From assembly GCA_046704445.1 (NCBI GenBank), contig JBJKRW010000020.1:1-43452 (forward strand): a DNA stretch of 43,452 bases. Direction: 5' to 3'. This DNA is from Microgenomates group bacterium. Its GTDB lineage: Bacteria; Patescibacteriota; Microgenomatia; UBA1406; GWC2-37-13. Position 1 is the first letter of the stretch. Each line of letters opens with the position of its first letter. This document shows, piece after piece, positions 7,636-16,417 of the stretch. The position numbers were made by a program, and so were the translations under genes. Below the pieces are notes generated by a model, which saw only the letters and a program-made list of their open reading frames with translations, was not told the origin of the DNA and did not search any database.

Positions 7636-9147
7636 ATGAGTACTTCGCATAAAACCAATAAATTGTGGGGAGCTGCTTTCGATCAGAGTCCTGAAGAAGC
7701 GGTTATCAGGTTTACCTCGGGACGGGACGTGCATCCTGTTGAAGCGGCAGACAATACATTATTAACTTACGATTTGTGGGTGAACAAGGCGCATGCGCTG
7801 ATGCTTTATAAACAGAACATCATCGACAAGGAAGATGCGACAGTGCTTTTAAAAGGTTTGGAAGAACTGGATAATCAAATTCAGAAAGGCGGATTCGTGC
7901 TGGATCCTTCAAAAGAGGATGTACACAGCAATATCGAGTCCTGGCTCATTGAGAAGTATGGCATGGAACATGCGGGCAAGCTGCATACCGCACGTTCGCG
8001 TAACGATCAGATCAATACCGATACGCGGTTATATCTTCGGGATTGTGTGCTGGGATTTATGACCAATACATTAAAGTTGGTAAAAACTCTTGTCAACCAG
8101 GCAGAACTTTACAAATCAACGGTTATGCCGGGGTTCACTCATCACCAGCCGGCAATGATTACGACCTATGCGCATACGTTGCTTGCGTATGCGGCCATGC
8201 TGTTGCGGGATGCGAAACGATTCGGCACATGGTTCGGATTATATAACGCAAATCCGTTGGGAAATACCGTGTCGTACGGTACGTCATTCCCGATTGATCA
8301 GCAATACACATCAAAGCTTTTGGGTTTTACAAAACCGGAGCTTAATTCCATGGACGGAATCGTAAACAGATGGGAACCCGAATCCGATCTCGTGTTTTCC
8401 ATGAGTCTTCTTATGAATCATCTCTCTCTGATGTCGCAAACATATATCCTTATGTCAACGGTCCAGTTTAAAATGGTAAAACTTTCGGACAAATATTCCA
8501 CCGGGAGTTCCATTATGCCGCAGAAGAAAAATCCCGACCCTTTGGAGGTGATAAAGGGAAAAACCGCCCTGGTCGCCGGTATTTTGCAGAGTTTGCTGGG
8601 AACGGGAAAAGCAGCATTTATCGGCTATAACAGGGATACCCAGTGGACCAAATATCTGGTTATGGATGCGGTCAACGAATGTATGTTTGCTCCGGTTGTT
8701 ATGCAGGGCGTTGTTGAAACGCTGCAGGTGAATAAACAGGAAATGGAACGCTGGTGCCGGAAGGGTTTTATAGGATCAACTCATCTCCTTGAAAAAATTG
8801 CCTCCGAATTCAAAATTCCGTTCAGACAGGCAAAGATCATTCTCGAAAAATCAGTAAAATATTCTCAGGAAGCAGAAGAAGTTACATACGTGGCGCTGCA
8901 AAAAGCCCTACAGGAAGAACATTGTGATATTTCGGTTTCCGAACAACAGGTCAAAGAATGGCAGGATCCCCAATTTATATTGTCATTATTGGTTTCCGAA
9001 GGATCGCCGGGAATACTCAGCGTAAATAAAAGTATCGAAGAACTGAATAAGTCTTTTGAAGAGATTTCACTATTCGTATCCGATAAAAAACAGGAAAAAG
9101 AACGGGCCTTGAGTTTACTGCAAAAAGAGCTCAAACTTCTTGTGTAA
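7636..9147 (+). CDS. argH: Argininosuccinate lyase
   Basis: N-terminal KLWGAAF, LHTARSRNDQ, and the fumarate-lyase signature GSSIMPQKKNPD. At 503 aa it has a roughly 40-aa C-terminal extension. Confidence 0.85.
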   Translation: MSTSHKTNKLWGAAFDQSPEEAVIRFTSGRDVHPVEAADNTLLTYDLWVNKAHALMLYKQNIIDKEDATVLLKGLEELDNQIQKGGFVLDPSKEDVHSNIESWLIEKYGMEHAGKLHTARSRNDQINTDTRLYLRDCVLGFMTNTLKLVKTLVNQAELYKSTVMPGFTHHQPAMITTYAHTLLAYAAMLLRDAKRFGTWFGLYNANPLGNTVSYGTSFPIDQQYTSKLLGFTKPELNSMDGIVNRWEPESDLVFSMSLLMNHLSLMSQTYILMSTVQFKMVKLSDKYSTGSSIMPQKKNPDPLEVIKGKTALVAGILQSLLGTGKAAFIGYNRDTQWTKYLVMDAVNECMFAPVVMQGVVETLQVNKQEMERWCRKGFIGSTHLLEKIASEFKIPFRQAKIILEKSVKYSQEAEEVTYVALQKALQEEHCDISVSEQQVKEWQDPQFILSLLVSEGSPGILSVNKSIEELNKSFEEISLFVSDKKQEKERALSLLQKELKLLV

Positions 9148-9193
9148 TGGTCTCCCGCGATTTTTTATTAGACATCTGTGTTAGACTAGCTAT

Positions 9194-10006
9194 ATGGATT
9201 CTTCGGTATTTTCGCGCAATCGGGCTTTTCTTATGTTGGCGATAGATCATCAGGCTCATTTTAAAATACTTGTCAATCCCGATAATCCGGAATCCGCGTC
9301 AAAAAAAGAAATAATTGCGTTAAAGTCACAAATTCTTCATGCGTTGCAAAAACAGTTTACCGGAGCGTTGATCGATGTAGAATATGGGTTATCCGCATAT
9401 CAAGGAATAAAAAAACCGTTTCTGCTCAGAATTGAACAAAGCAATATAACAGAAGAAAACGGGGTGAGAAAGATAACAATAATGCATACGGTAAAAGAAC
9501 TGAAGAAAAAAGGAGCATCGGGGATAAAACTTCTCGTACATCTTGATCCGGAAAACAGCGTAAGTTTGGATGAACTGCAGAAAGTAAAACAGGTTTTGAA
9601 CGAATGTACAAAGGAGAAAGTGCCTTTATTCTTGGAAGTGATTACCTACGGATACGAAAAACGCAGGCTTTCAAAAGAACGCGCGATGTATCGATCTATT
9701 TATGCTTGTCTGGAACGGGGGGCAAGACCGTCCGTGTTTAAGCTGGAATACCCCGGGAACTTGGCTGATGCGCAAAAAATCACAGACTTGGTTAAACCCA
9801 TACCTTGGATTTTGCTTTCGGGAGGGACAGAGTATGAATCTTTTAAACGCGAGCTCAAGGAATCGGTTTCCGGAGGTTGCCGCGGTTTTTTGGCCGGAAG
9901 AGCCCTCTGGCAGGATATCGAATCCTATCCGCACGGAACGCGCGAGGAATATCTGCATAAAATCCTTACAGACAGGTTTAACGAACTTTCGGAATTATTG
10001 TTATGA
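9194..10006 (+). CDS. Class I aldolase of the LacD / tagatose-1,6-bisphosphate aldolase family
   Basis: MLAIDHQ near the N terminus, FKLEYPG (candidate Schiff-base Lys strand) and GFLAGRALW near the C terminus all resemble LacD-type aldolases. Confidence 0.55.
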   Translation: MDSSVFSRNRAFLMLAIDHQAHFKILVNPDNPESASKKEIIALKSQILHALQKQFTGALIDVEYGLSAYQGIKKPFLLRIEQSNITEENGVRKITIMHTVKELKKKGASGIKLLVHLDPENSVSLDELQKVKQVLNECTKEKVPLFLEVITYGYEKRRLSKERAMYRSIYACLERGARPSVFKLEYPGNLADAQKITDLVKPIPWILLSGGTEYESFKRELKESVSGGCRGFLAGRALWQDIESYPHGTREEYLHKILTDRFNELSELLL

Positions 10007-10410
10007 ATAATATTCGTACATATATATTGGTATCGATATTTTTTGTACTGGTTCTTGGAGGTTTTGTGTATGTCCGTTTCGGGTTAACACGGTATGCACA
10101 CGGCACTATTACGTATTCCCTTCAGGGCAAAACATACCATCTTTTGACGGCGGAAAATTCCTCACAATGGGAACGCGGCCTAATGTATTACAGGAAGCCA
10201 GTTAATTTTGACGGGATGCTGTTTAATTTTCCAAAGAAACAAGACCTGACTTTTTGGAATAAGAATACCTATATGGATTTAACATTGTATTGGTTGTCGG
10301 ATAATGTTGTTGTCGGCGCGTCTGATCTTCCGTCGATCGAAAAGTCGGGAAGAATCGTGACCGTCAGTTCGCCCAAACCAAGCAATCGGGTCGTGGAACT
10401 CATCAAATAG
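10003..10410 (+). CDS. DUF192-domain protein with an N-terminal TM anchor
   Basis: WERGLMY...DGMLFNF...TFWNKNTYMDLTLYW matches the DUF192 pattern (RGLM, GMLF, FWMKNT..pLD). Its start overlaps the upstream stop as ATGA. Confidence 0.7.
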   Translation: MNNIRTYILVSIFFVLVLGGFVYVRFGLTRYAHGTITYSLQGKTYHLLTAENSSQWERGLMYYRKPVNFDGMLFNFPKKQDLTFWNKNTYMDLTLYWLSDNVVVGASDLPSIEKSGRIVTVSSPKPSNRVVELIK

Positions 10411-10441
10411 GAGTATTTGGTTATAAATTATTTATTCGTCT

Positions 10442-10627
10442 ATGTGCTATAACTGTGGATGCAGGCTTCCCGATAAGGATATGGGAAAGGGGGAGCTCGC
10501 CAAAGGCGGAGGATCGTTGGTCGATAACGATTTCAAGCACATGGCAGAGAAGTGGAACATGAGTCTTGAGGACACGAAGAAAAACGTGTACGAACTCTTG
10601 AAGCAGGAGCTGGAAAAAAAGAGTTAA
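10442..10627 (+). CDS. Small hypothetical protein with an N-terminal CxxCxC motif
   Basis: 61-aa ORF beginning MCYNCGCRLPDKD, with a charged helical C-terminal half and no compositional bias that suggests noise. The 3' end overlaps the pgk stop by 4 nt. Confidence 0.4.
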   Translation: MCYNCGCRLPDKDMGKGELAKGGGSLVDNDFKHMAEKWNMSLEDTKKNVYELLKQELEKKS

Positions 10628-11814
10628 TGTTTGAGCGCTTCGATGCCGGGAAGGGTTCCTTTTTCGATGAACTCGAGCATGGCGCCCCCTCCGGTGGAAA
10701 TGTGCGTTATTTTATCCAGATATTCTTTTTTTGAAATAGAGGCGAGAGTGTCGCCTCCTCCTACTATGGAAACCGCCTGGGCGTTTTGTGTAATTGAGTA
10801 GTAGATGAAGTCGGTTCCTCTGGTAAAGTTCGGGTTTTCCGTATAACCGACGGGTCCGTTCCACACAATGGTTCTTGCTTTCGAAAGAATTGAACCGTAT
10901 TTTGCCTGGGTCTCAGGACCGATATCGACGATACATCCGTCTTTTTCTATCTCTTCAACTTTTTTGACAATCCCTCCGGTTTGAGCATCCAATGACGGCG
11001 CGGAAATTACGTCGGTCGGCAACACGATCGCCGTATTTTTCTGTGCGGCAAGAAAAAGAAGTTTTCGTGCGTTTTCGACTTCCGTATATTCACAAAAACT
11101 TTGTCCTATATCGATTCCCTGCGCACAGAAAAACGTATTCGCGAGGCCTCCTCCCACCAACAGGAAGTCTGCTATTTCCATAAGTTTTCCGAGAAGGTTG
11201 ATCTTTGTAGAGATTTTCGCTCCTCCGAGTATGGCGACAACGGGTTTTTTCGGATTTTGAATAACTTTTGAAATCATTTGAACCTCTTTTTTCATAAGGA
11301 GGCCGCCGAAAGAGGGGAGGTTCTTCGGGACTCCCACGATCGATGCATCGGTACGGTGACTTACACCGAATGCGTCGTTAACGTATACTTCCGCAAGCGA
11401 AGCGAGTGATTGTGCGAATTCCCGGTCATCCGCTTTTTCTTCAGGATAAAAACGGATATTTTCCAGCACAAGTATTTCTTTTTCCGTCTGTTCTGAAATA
11501 CGTTCCCTGTCTTTTGCTTTGGTGAAATCTTCTATAAGAACGATGCTGTATCCTGAAATAAGTTGTTTCAGATGGTTGACCACTATGCCGAGAGAAAGTT
11601 TCGGATCGCGTGATTTCGGTCTGTCGAGATGGGAGACCAAAATGAGCCGGTTGTTGTTCTGCAGAAGTTTGTTTATTGTGGGTAATGCTTGCCTGATCCG
11701 GGCGTCGTCCGCAATCGACAGTTTGTCTTTCGAAAGAGATACGTTAAAATCGACTCTCAGCAGTACATGTTTGTTTTTGATTTCGACTTCATCAATATAG
11801 GCAATTTTTGACAT
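10624..11814 (-). CDS. pgk: Phosphoglycerate kinase
   Basis: Full-length 396 aa with VLLRVDFNV, SHLDRPK, NDAFGVSHR, ILGGAKISTKI and STGGGAMLEF. Confidence 0.95.
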   Translation of the reverse strand: MSKIAYIDEVEIKNKHVLLRVDFNVSLSKDKLSIADDARIRQALPTINKLLQNNNRLILVSHLDRPKSRDPKLSLGIVVNHLKQLISGYSIVLIEDFTKAKDRERISEQTEKEILVLENIRFYPEEKADDREFAQSLASLAEVYVNDAFGVSHRTDASIVGVPKNLPSFGGLLMKKEVQMISKVIQNPKKPVVAILGGAKISTKINLLGKLMEIADFLLVGGGLANTFFCAQGIDIGQSFCEYTEVENARKLLFLAAQKNTAIVLPTDVISAPSLDAQTGGIVKKVEEIEKDGCIVDIGPETQAKYGSILSKARTIVWNGPVGYTENPNFTRGTDFIYYSITQNAQAVSIVGGGDTLASISKKEYLDKITHISTGGGAMLEFIEKGTLPGIEALKH

Positions 11815-11868
11815 ATGGATGCAGATTCAAAATTTGAATTGTTAAATTTATAATTTTGAACTATAGAG

Positions 11869-12882
11869 TTATAGATACTGCGCAAGCTTTTCCACAAGAT
11901 CTACCAAACGGGTCGAATAACCCCATTCGTTGTCATACCACCCGTATACTTTAATTGCGGTACCGTTCAGGACTTTTGTATGGTTTGCGGCAAAAATACA
12001 GGAGAACGGTGATCCGATAAAATCGGACGATACGAGCGCTTCGGCTTCATATCCCAGTTTTCCTTTCATGGAAGTTTCCGAGGCTTTTTTATAGACGGCG
12101 TTGACTTCCTCTATTGTTGTTTGTTTTTGGACGATGATAGAGGCGTCGGTTAATGAAACCGTGGGTACCGGAACTCTGATGGCCGCAACCTCGAGTTTTC
12201 CTTTTAACTGCGGCAAGGTTTTTACCACCGCTTTCGAAGCGCCCGAGGTCGAAGGAATGATGTTTTGGAATGCTGCCCGGGAACGCTCTTCCGATTTGCC
12301 CGCTTCGTCAAGGATGCTTTGTGTTGCCGTAACCGCATGAGCCGTAGTGAGAAATCCCGATACTATTCCGAAGCTGTCGTCAAGCACTTTCAGCAGAGGT
12401 GACGCACAGTTAGTGGTACATGATGCGTTTGAGATCACTTGTTCATTTTTCCAGTCAATAGATTCCTCGTTGACCCCGAGAACCACGTGGGGAGTGACAT
12501 CATCTTTTGAAGGAGCGGTGAGTACCACTCTTTTTACAGATCCTTTCAGGTGTCTCTGAAGATCTTCTTTCTTCGTAAAGGCGCCGGTTGCGTCGACGAC
12601 TACATCTACGCCGTATTTTTCCCATGGAATTTCCTCGGGGGATGCACAGAGCGTTGTTGTTACTTTGCTTCCTCCGACGCTGAATCCGTCACTAAGCGCT
12701 TCAACTTTTTTGGCGTATGTACGGTATACGGAATCGTACCGAAGGAGATAAACCATCATGTCAATCGGTGTTTTCCGCGTATTGACCGTTACGATATCAA
12801 AACTGTTCCGTTCAAAACTTATTCTGGTGAATGCCCTTCCGATCCTTCCGAACCCGTTGAGTCCGACCTTGAGTCTTTTCAT
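11869..12882 (-). CDS. gap: Glyceraldehyde-3-phosphate dehydrogenase, type I
   Basis: GLNGFGRIGR Rossmann motif, active site SNASCTTNC, and WYDNEWGYS near the C terminus. Confidence 0.95.
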   Translation of the reverse strand: MKRLKVGLNGFGRIGRAFTRISFERNSFDIVTVNTRKTPIDMMVYLLRYDSVYRTYAKKVEALSDGFSVGGSKVTTTLCASPEEIPWEKYGVDVVVDATGAFTKKEDLQRHLKGSVKRVVLTAPSKDDVTPHVVLGVNEESIDWKNEQVISNASCTTNCASPLLKVLDDSFGIVSGFLTTAHAVTATQSILDEAGKSEERSRAAFQNIIPSTSGASKAVVKTLPQLKGKLEVAAIRVPVPTVSLTDASIIVQKQTTIEEVNAVYKKASETSMKGKLGYEAEALVSSDFIGSPFSCIFAANHTKVLNGTAIKVYGWYDNEWGYSTRLVDLVEKLAQYL

Positions 12883-12909
12883 AAGTATATGGTTAATTTT
12901 TAGACGATT

Positions 12910-13866
12910 TCAATTATGCGCCAATTTAATATATTTTTCTACCTCTGTTTTGCTTCCCATGGCAACAGGAACTCGTTGTTCGAGTTTTTCCGGAAGAATA
13001 TCCAGAGGATTTTTACCGAGGCTGACCGCAGAACCTCCTGCCTGAAGCATAATATACGACAGAGGATTTACTTCGAACATAAGTCTCAGTTTGCCGTCCG
13101 GGTGTTCCGAGTCATCGGGATAAATAAATATTCCTCCCTTGAGAAGGGTTCTGTGTACATCCGCAACCATCGAGCCCACATATCTGCTTTTGTATGGTTT
13201 TTCTTCTTTTTTTATCCGGTCAAGATAATGGCAAAGATCACGGTCAAAAAGAGCGGTATTTCCTTCATTGATTGAGTAGTTTGATTTGGATTCGGGTACC
13301 CGTATATTCGGATGCGAAAGCAAAAAACTTCCGATACTCGGATCAAGAGTGAACCCGTTTACCCCGTTTCCGAACGAATATACAAACATGACGCTTGAGC
13401 CGTATATGATGTAGCCGGATGCGACCTGATGATTTCCTTTCTGGAGGACATTGTTGTGATTGCGGTAGATGGAAAAAATCGTTCCGATACTGATATTGGA
13501 ATCAATATTCGAAGATCCGTCAAGAGGGTCAAAAAAAACGTTATACGCCCCTTTTTTCGGATCGATTAATTTTGGATTATCCAGTTCTTCCGATGCGAGT
13601 GCGCCGACAAGGCCCGAGGAAGATAAGATATCTATAAGCAAGGTATTACTGAATTCATCAAGCTTTTGCACTTCTTCGTTATATGCGTTTTTCGTTCCGG
13701 TTTTGCCTATAATATCAACCAGTCCGGATCGCTTTATGTGGCTTGCGATGATTTTTGCGGCATTTTCGATATGCGTCATCAGGAGGGTAAAGCGTCCGGT
13801 AGCTTCCTTATATCGTCGTTCTTCCGCGACTATAAATTCGGTAAGAGTAGTGAACTTATTGATCAT
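12910..13866 (-). CDS. fbp: Fructose-1,6-bisphosphatase, class I
   Basis: DPLDGSSNID metal-binding motif, GSSVMFVYS, YVGSMVADVHRTLLKGGIF and GKLRLMFE. Confidence 0.9.
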   Translation of the reverse strand: MINKFTTLTEFIVAEERRYKEATGRFTLLMTHIENAAKIIASHIKRSGLVDIIGKTGTKNAYNEEVQKLDEFSNTLLIDILSSSGLVGALASEELDNPKLIDPKKGAYNVFFDPLDGSSNIDSNISIGTIFSIYRNHNNVLQKGNHQVASGYIIYGSSVMFVYSFGNGVNGFTLDPSIGSFLLSHPNIRVPESKSNYSINEGNTALFDRDLCHYLDRIKKEEKPYKSRYVGSMVADVHRTLLKGGIFIYPDDSEHPDGKLRLMFEVNPLSYIMLQAGGSAVSLGKNPLDILPEKLEQRVPVAMGSKTEVEKYIKLAHN

Positions 13867-13920
13867 ACGTATTAAATATTGTGTTTTGTTAACCGGATCC
13901 GGTTTCCTACGGTTTTTTCC

Positions 13921-14829
13921 TTATGCGTTGTATATCTTTACCGCTTCTTCAACCGATTTATTCTCAACGGTTATTGCATAAATTGCGTTGCAAAATCTCA
14001 CCGCTTCATCGAGCGGTTTTTGATGTATGTTTCTTCCGGTTGCGTTGCCTGATGCCCCGCCGGCATGAATCTGTTTGTGCAAACCCGTAAGGAATTTTTC
14101 CGCGTCTGTCGACGAACCTCCGGCGCAGACCAGCTTTGTTCTTCCCGCAGCCATCACTGCCTGTTTGAGCAGGTTTGCGGAATCTTCCCCTTCTTTTTTT
14201 GGCGCATTGACTTTGACAAAATCCGACCCGAGACAGGCGGCAACGCCCGCGGCTCCCGCGATAATCGCGGGATCCTTTTCGTCTTTGACGGATTGTCCTC
14301 TCGGGTAAATCCAAAGAACGGTTACGAGTCCGTTTTGGTGCGCCTCGAATACGTATTTGGCAGCTTCGTTAAGCATAATATGTTCGTATTCGCTTCCGAG
14401 ATATATCGTATATCCGATGCCGCAGATATTCAGTTTGTTTGATCTTTTAAATCTCATAAGCGCATCCATGGACATCATCGATGTGCTGAGAGGATCCCTT
14501 TGGTCGGTTTTAACAAGATTGGTTTTTGAATTGAACTTCACCAGATAAGGGACCGTGGGAAAATCGTTGCCATACCGTGCAATGAGACCAAGCTGCGTGG
14601 CGAATACGCCGATTTTTCCTTTGGAGGCGATTCTAAAAAGATGAATAGGATCTCCGTCGTCTTCGGCAATGCCTTCGCCATGAAAATCCTTGTTCAGGTG
14701 TTCAATCTTCTGATCGCCGGCAAATAACATCAACCTGCCGCTGTCGTGTGTAATCGTAGAGTAATTTTTTTCGTATTCTTTTGTACTGTTTTCCGGAACA
14801 TCCGCGGGAACAAATATGGCATTTTTCAT
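13921..14829 (-). CDS. Class I fructose-bisphosphate aldolase, archaeal/DhnA type
   Basis: 302 aa with a DhnA-like pattern: GDFVKVNAP (candidate Schiff-base Lys), CAGG...GASGNATGRNIHQ. It lies immediately upstream of fbp-gap-pgk on the same strand. Confidence 0.7.
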   Translation of the reverse strand: MKNAIFVPADVPENSTKEYEKNYSTITHDSGRLMLFAGDQKIEHLNKDFHGEGIAEDDGDPIHLFRIASKGKIGVFATQLGLIARYGNDFPTVPYLVKFNSKTNLVKTDQRDPLSTSMMSMDALMRFKRSNKLNICGIGYTIYLGSEYEHIMLNEAAKYVFEAHQNGLVTVLWIYPRGQSVKDEKDPAIIAGAAGVAACLGSDFVKVNAPKKEGEDSANLLKQAVMAAGRTKLVCAGGSSTDAEKFLTGLHKQIHAGGASGNATGRNIHQKPLDEAVRFCNAIYAITVENKSVEEAVKIYNA

Positions 14830-15008
14830 AGCGGTAAAAGGGAATTAATAATAAGTATCATATACTATCATACATTACCTTTCCGGAGCGTGTCAAGTCG
14901 TATGCTCCCGTAACCAGTATACAAAATAGCCGGTTTTTCTCAAAGACAAACATACATCAACTTCGTCTGCTGGAAATCCGCCGATGTCCGGATATATAAT
15001 TGTCGGGT

Positions 15009-15416
15009 ATGGATCATTGCATATTCTGTAAAATAATAGCGGGTCGGGCGCCCTGCTATAAAGTATATGAAGACGGAAAGCATTTCGGGTTTCTTGATCA
15101 TCGCCCCCTCAATCCGGGCAACGTTCTTCTTATTCCCAAGGAGCATGTGCGCTGGGTATATGATGTCCGGGAATTCGGCGAATATTGGGAGTCCGCAAAA
15201 AAGGTTGGATTGGCGATACAGCGGGCGGTAAAATCACATTCGATAAATTTTCTTACTCTGGGTTATGAAATTGATCATGCGCATATTCGGATCATTCCGC
15301 GTTTCCGCAACGACGGACATAATGACGGAATTCAGTTAAGTGCGGCCAAAATAATTCCTCCGGACAGAATGAGGAAGATTGCCGACGCAATAATTTCGGA
15401 ATTAAGTCATGAATAA
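15009..15416 (+). CDS. HIT-family nucleotide hydrolase/transferase with a variant triad
   Basis: CIFCKII zinc motif, PLNPGNVLLIPKEH, and the triad region IDHAHIRIIP (HxHxR in place of HxHxH). I chose the ATG at 15009 over the tracked TTG at 15000. Confidence 0.75.
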   Translation: MDHCIFCKIIAGRAPCYKVYEDGKHFGFLDHRPLNPGNVLLIPKEHVRWVYDVREFGEYWESAKKVGLAIQRAVKSHSINFLTLGYEIDHAHIRIIPRFRNDGHNDGIQLSAAKIIPPDRMRKIADAIISELSHE

Positions 15417-15714
15417 ACAACAAAAAATATTGCGGATCGTATCCCGAATTCCCAGAGGAAAAGTAATGACGTATGGCCAAATTTCAAAGGCGGGACATAT
15501 AGGATCTCCGCGGTACGTCGGTCAGGTCCTCCACCGTAATGCCGATCCGGTGCGGATACCCTGCCACAGGGTGGTTTTCCGTGACGGAAGTTTGTCGACG
15601 GGATACGCGTTTGGAGGACTCAAGAATCAAAAGGAAAAGCTTGAAAAGGAAAACGTGATGTTTCTCGGAGAAAAAGTCGATCTTTCCGGTTCACTTCATA
15701 TTCCTCAAGAATAA
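15409..15714 (+). CDS. MGMT-family protein: a stand-alone O6-alkylguanine-DNA alkyltransferase DNA-binding/active-site domain
   Basis: 101 aa with IPRGKVMTYGQI and the active-site motif IPCHRVV. It overlaps the HIT gene by 8 nt. Confidence 0.8.
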   Translation: MNKQQKILRIVSRIPRGKVMTYGQISKAGHIGSPRYVGQVLHRNADPVRIPCHRVVFRDGSLSTGYAFGGLKNQKEKLEKENVMFLGEKVDLSGSLHIPQE

Positions 15715-15722
15715 TTCCGTCT

Positions 15723-16370
15723 TTACCGTTTGTACTCAAGCCATTGACGTTCGGTCAATTGTTTCAGCGCCTCATTGAACATATACTCGTGACCGGCAGC
15801 ATTTGCGTGCATACCGTCCTTAAAAAGAAACCTCTGGAAATTCGTTTGTTCCCAGGCGGAAAAAACGTCAATGGCAAATATTCCGGATTTCTTGCAGCAT
15901 TTTTTTGAAAGTTCCACATAGTGTTTGGCCTGTTTGTTTAAATAATATTCGTCGGGCGCCCAGGGAATCGGATTGGTTTTTGAATCATCGATCGGGTGAA
16001 CCGTCATAAAAAGAATCCGGTTTGAGTATGCCGATGCCAGCCGAAAAAGTTTTGCGAGATTTTCTTCAAATTCCTCCGGAAGGATTTCTTTTTCTTTATG
16101 AAGTTTATATCTGCGGCTGTCGTTGAGGCCGGCGGACAGAAAAAAAATTGTTTTATCGTATCTCAGACGGTTTTTGATTTCCGTCTCAAACCTGTTGAGC
16201 AGATCTCTCGTTGTGTTTCCCGACACGCTGAGGTTGAATACGTAGGTTTTTTCCATGCGGTCCTCGTAATATTTGCGGTCAATATATGCTCTCAATTTTC
16301 TCACCCAGCCACCGTCCGGATCGCACATTCCGTATGTTTCGCTTGCTCCAATCACAATGATCTGTTGCAT
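15723..16370 (-). CDS. SGNH/GDSL-family hydrolase
   Basis: Block I IVIGASETYG, block III SAGLNDS, block V DGMHANAAGH. Confidence 0.75.
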   Translation of the reverse strand: MQQIIVIGASETYGMCDPDGGWVRKLRAYIDRKYYEDRMEKTYVFNLSVSGNTTRDLLNRFETEIKNRLRYDKTIFFLSAGLNDSRRYKLHKEKEILPEEFEENLAKLFRLASAYSNRILFMTVHPIDDSKTNPIPWAPDEYYLNKQAKHYVELSKKCCKKSGIFAIDVFSAWEQTNFQRFLFKDGMHANAAGHEYMFNEALKQLTERQWLEYKR

Positions 16371-16375
16371 ACGTT

Positions 16376-16381
16376 ATTATA
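16376..16381 (-). promoter_or_regulatory. -10 box TATAAT, 5 nt upstream of the SGNH hydrolase ATG (leaderless-type)
   Basis: The minus strand reads catcTATAATaacgtATG. No Shine-Dalgarno is present. Confidence 0.45.
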
Positions 16382-16417
16382 GATGATTCCACAAAAAAAA
16401 TTCCAGCCGGTAGAAAA

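Noticed and set aside
14006-14314. A same-strand alternative-frame ORF inside the aldolase gene, 102 aa and Arg-rich. A comparable case (36863..37171) overlaps the RRM gene.
   Set aside because: The composition is highly basic and repetitive, no family is recognisable, and both are fully nested in strong CDSs. I judge them spurious.
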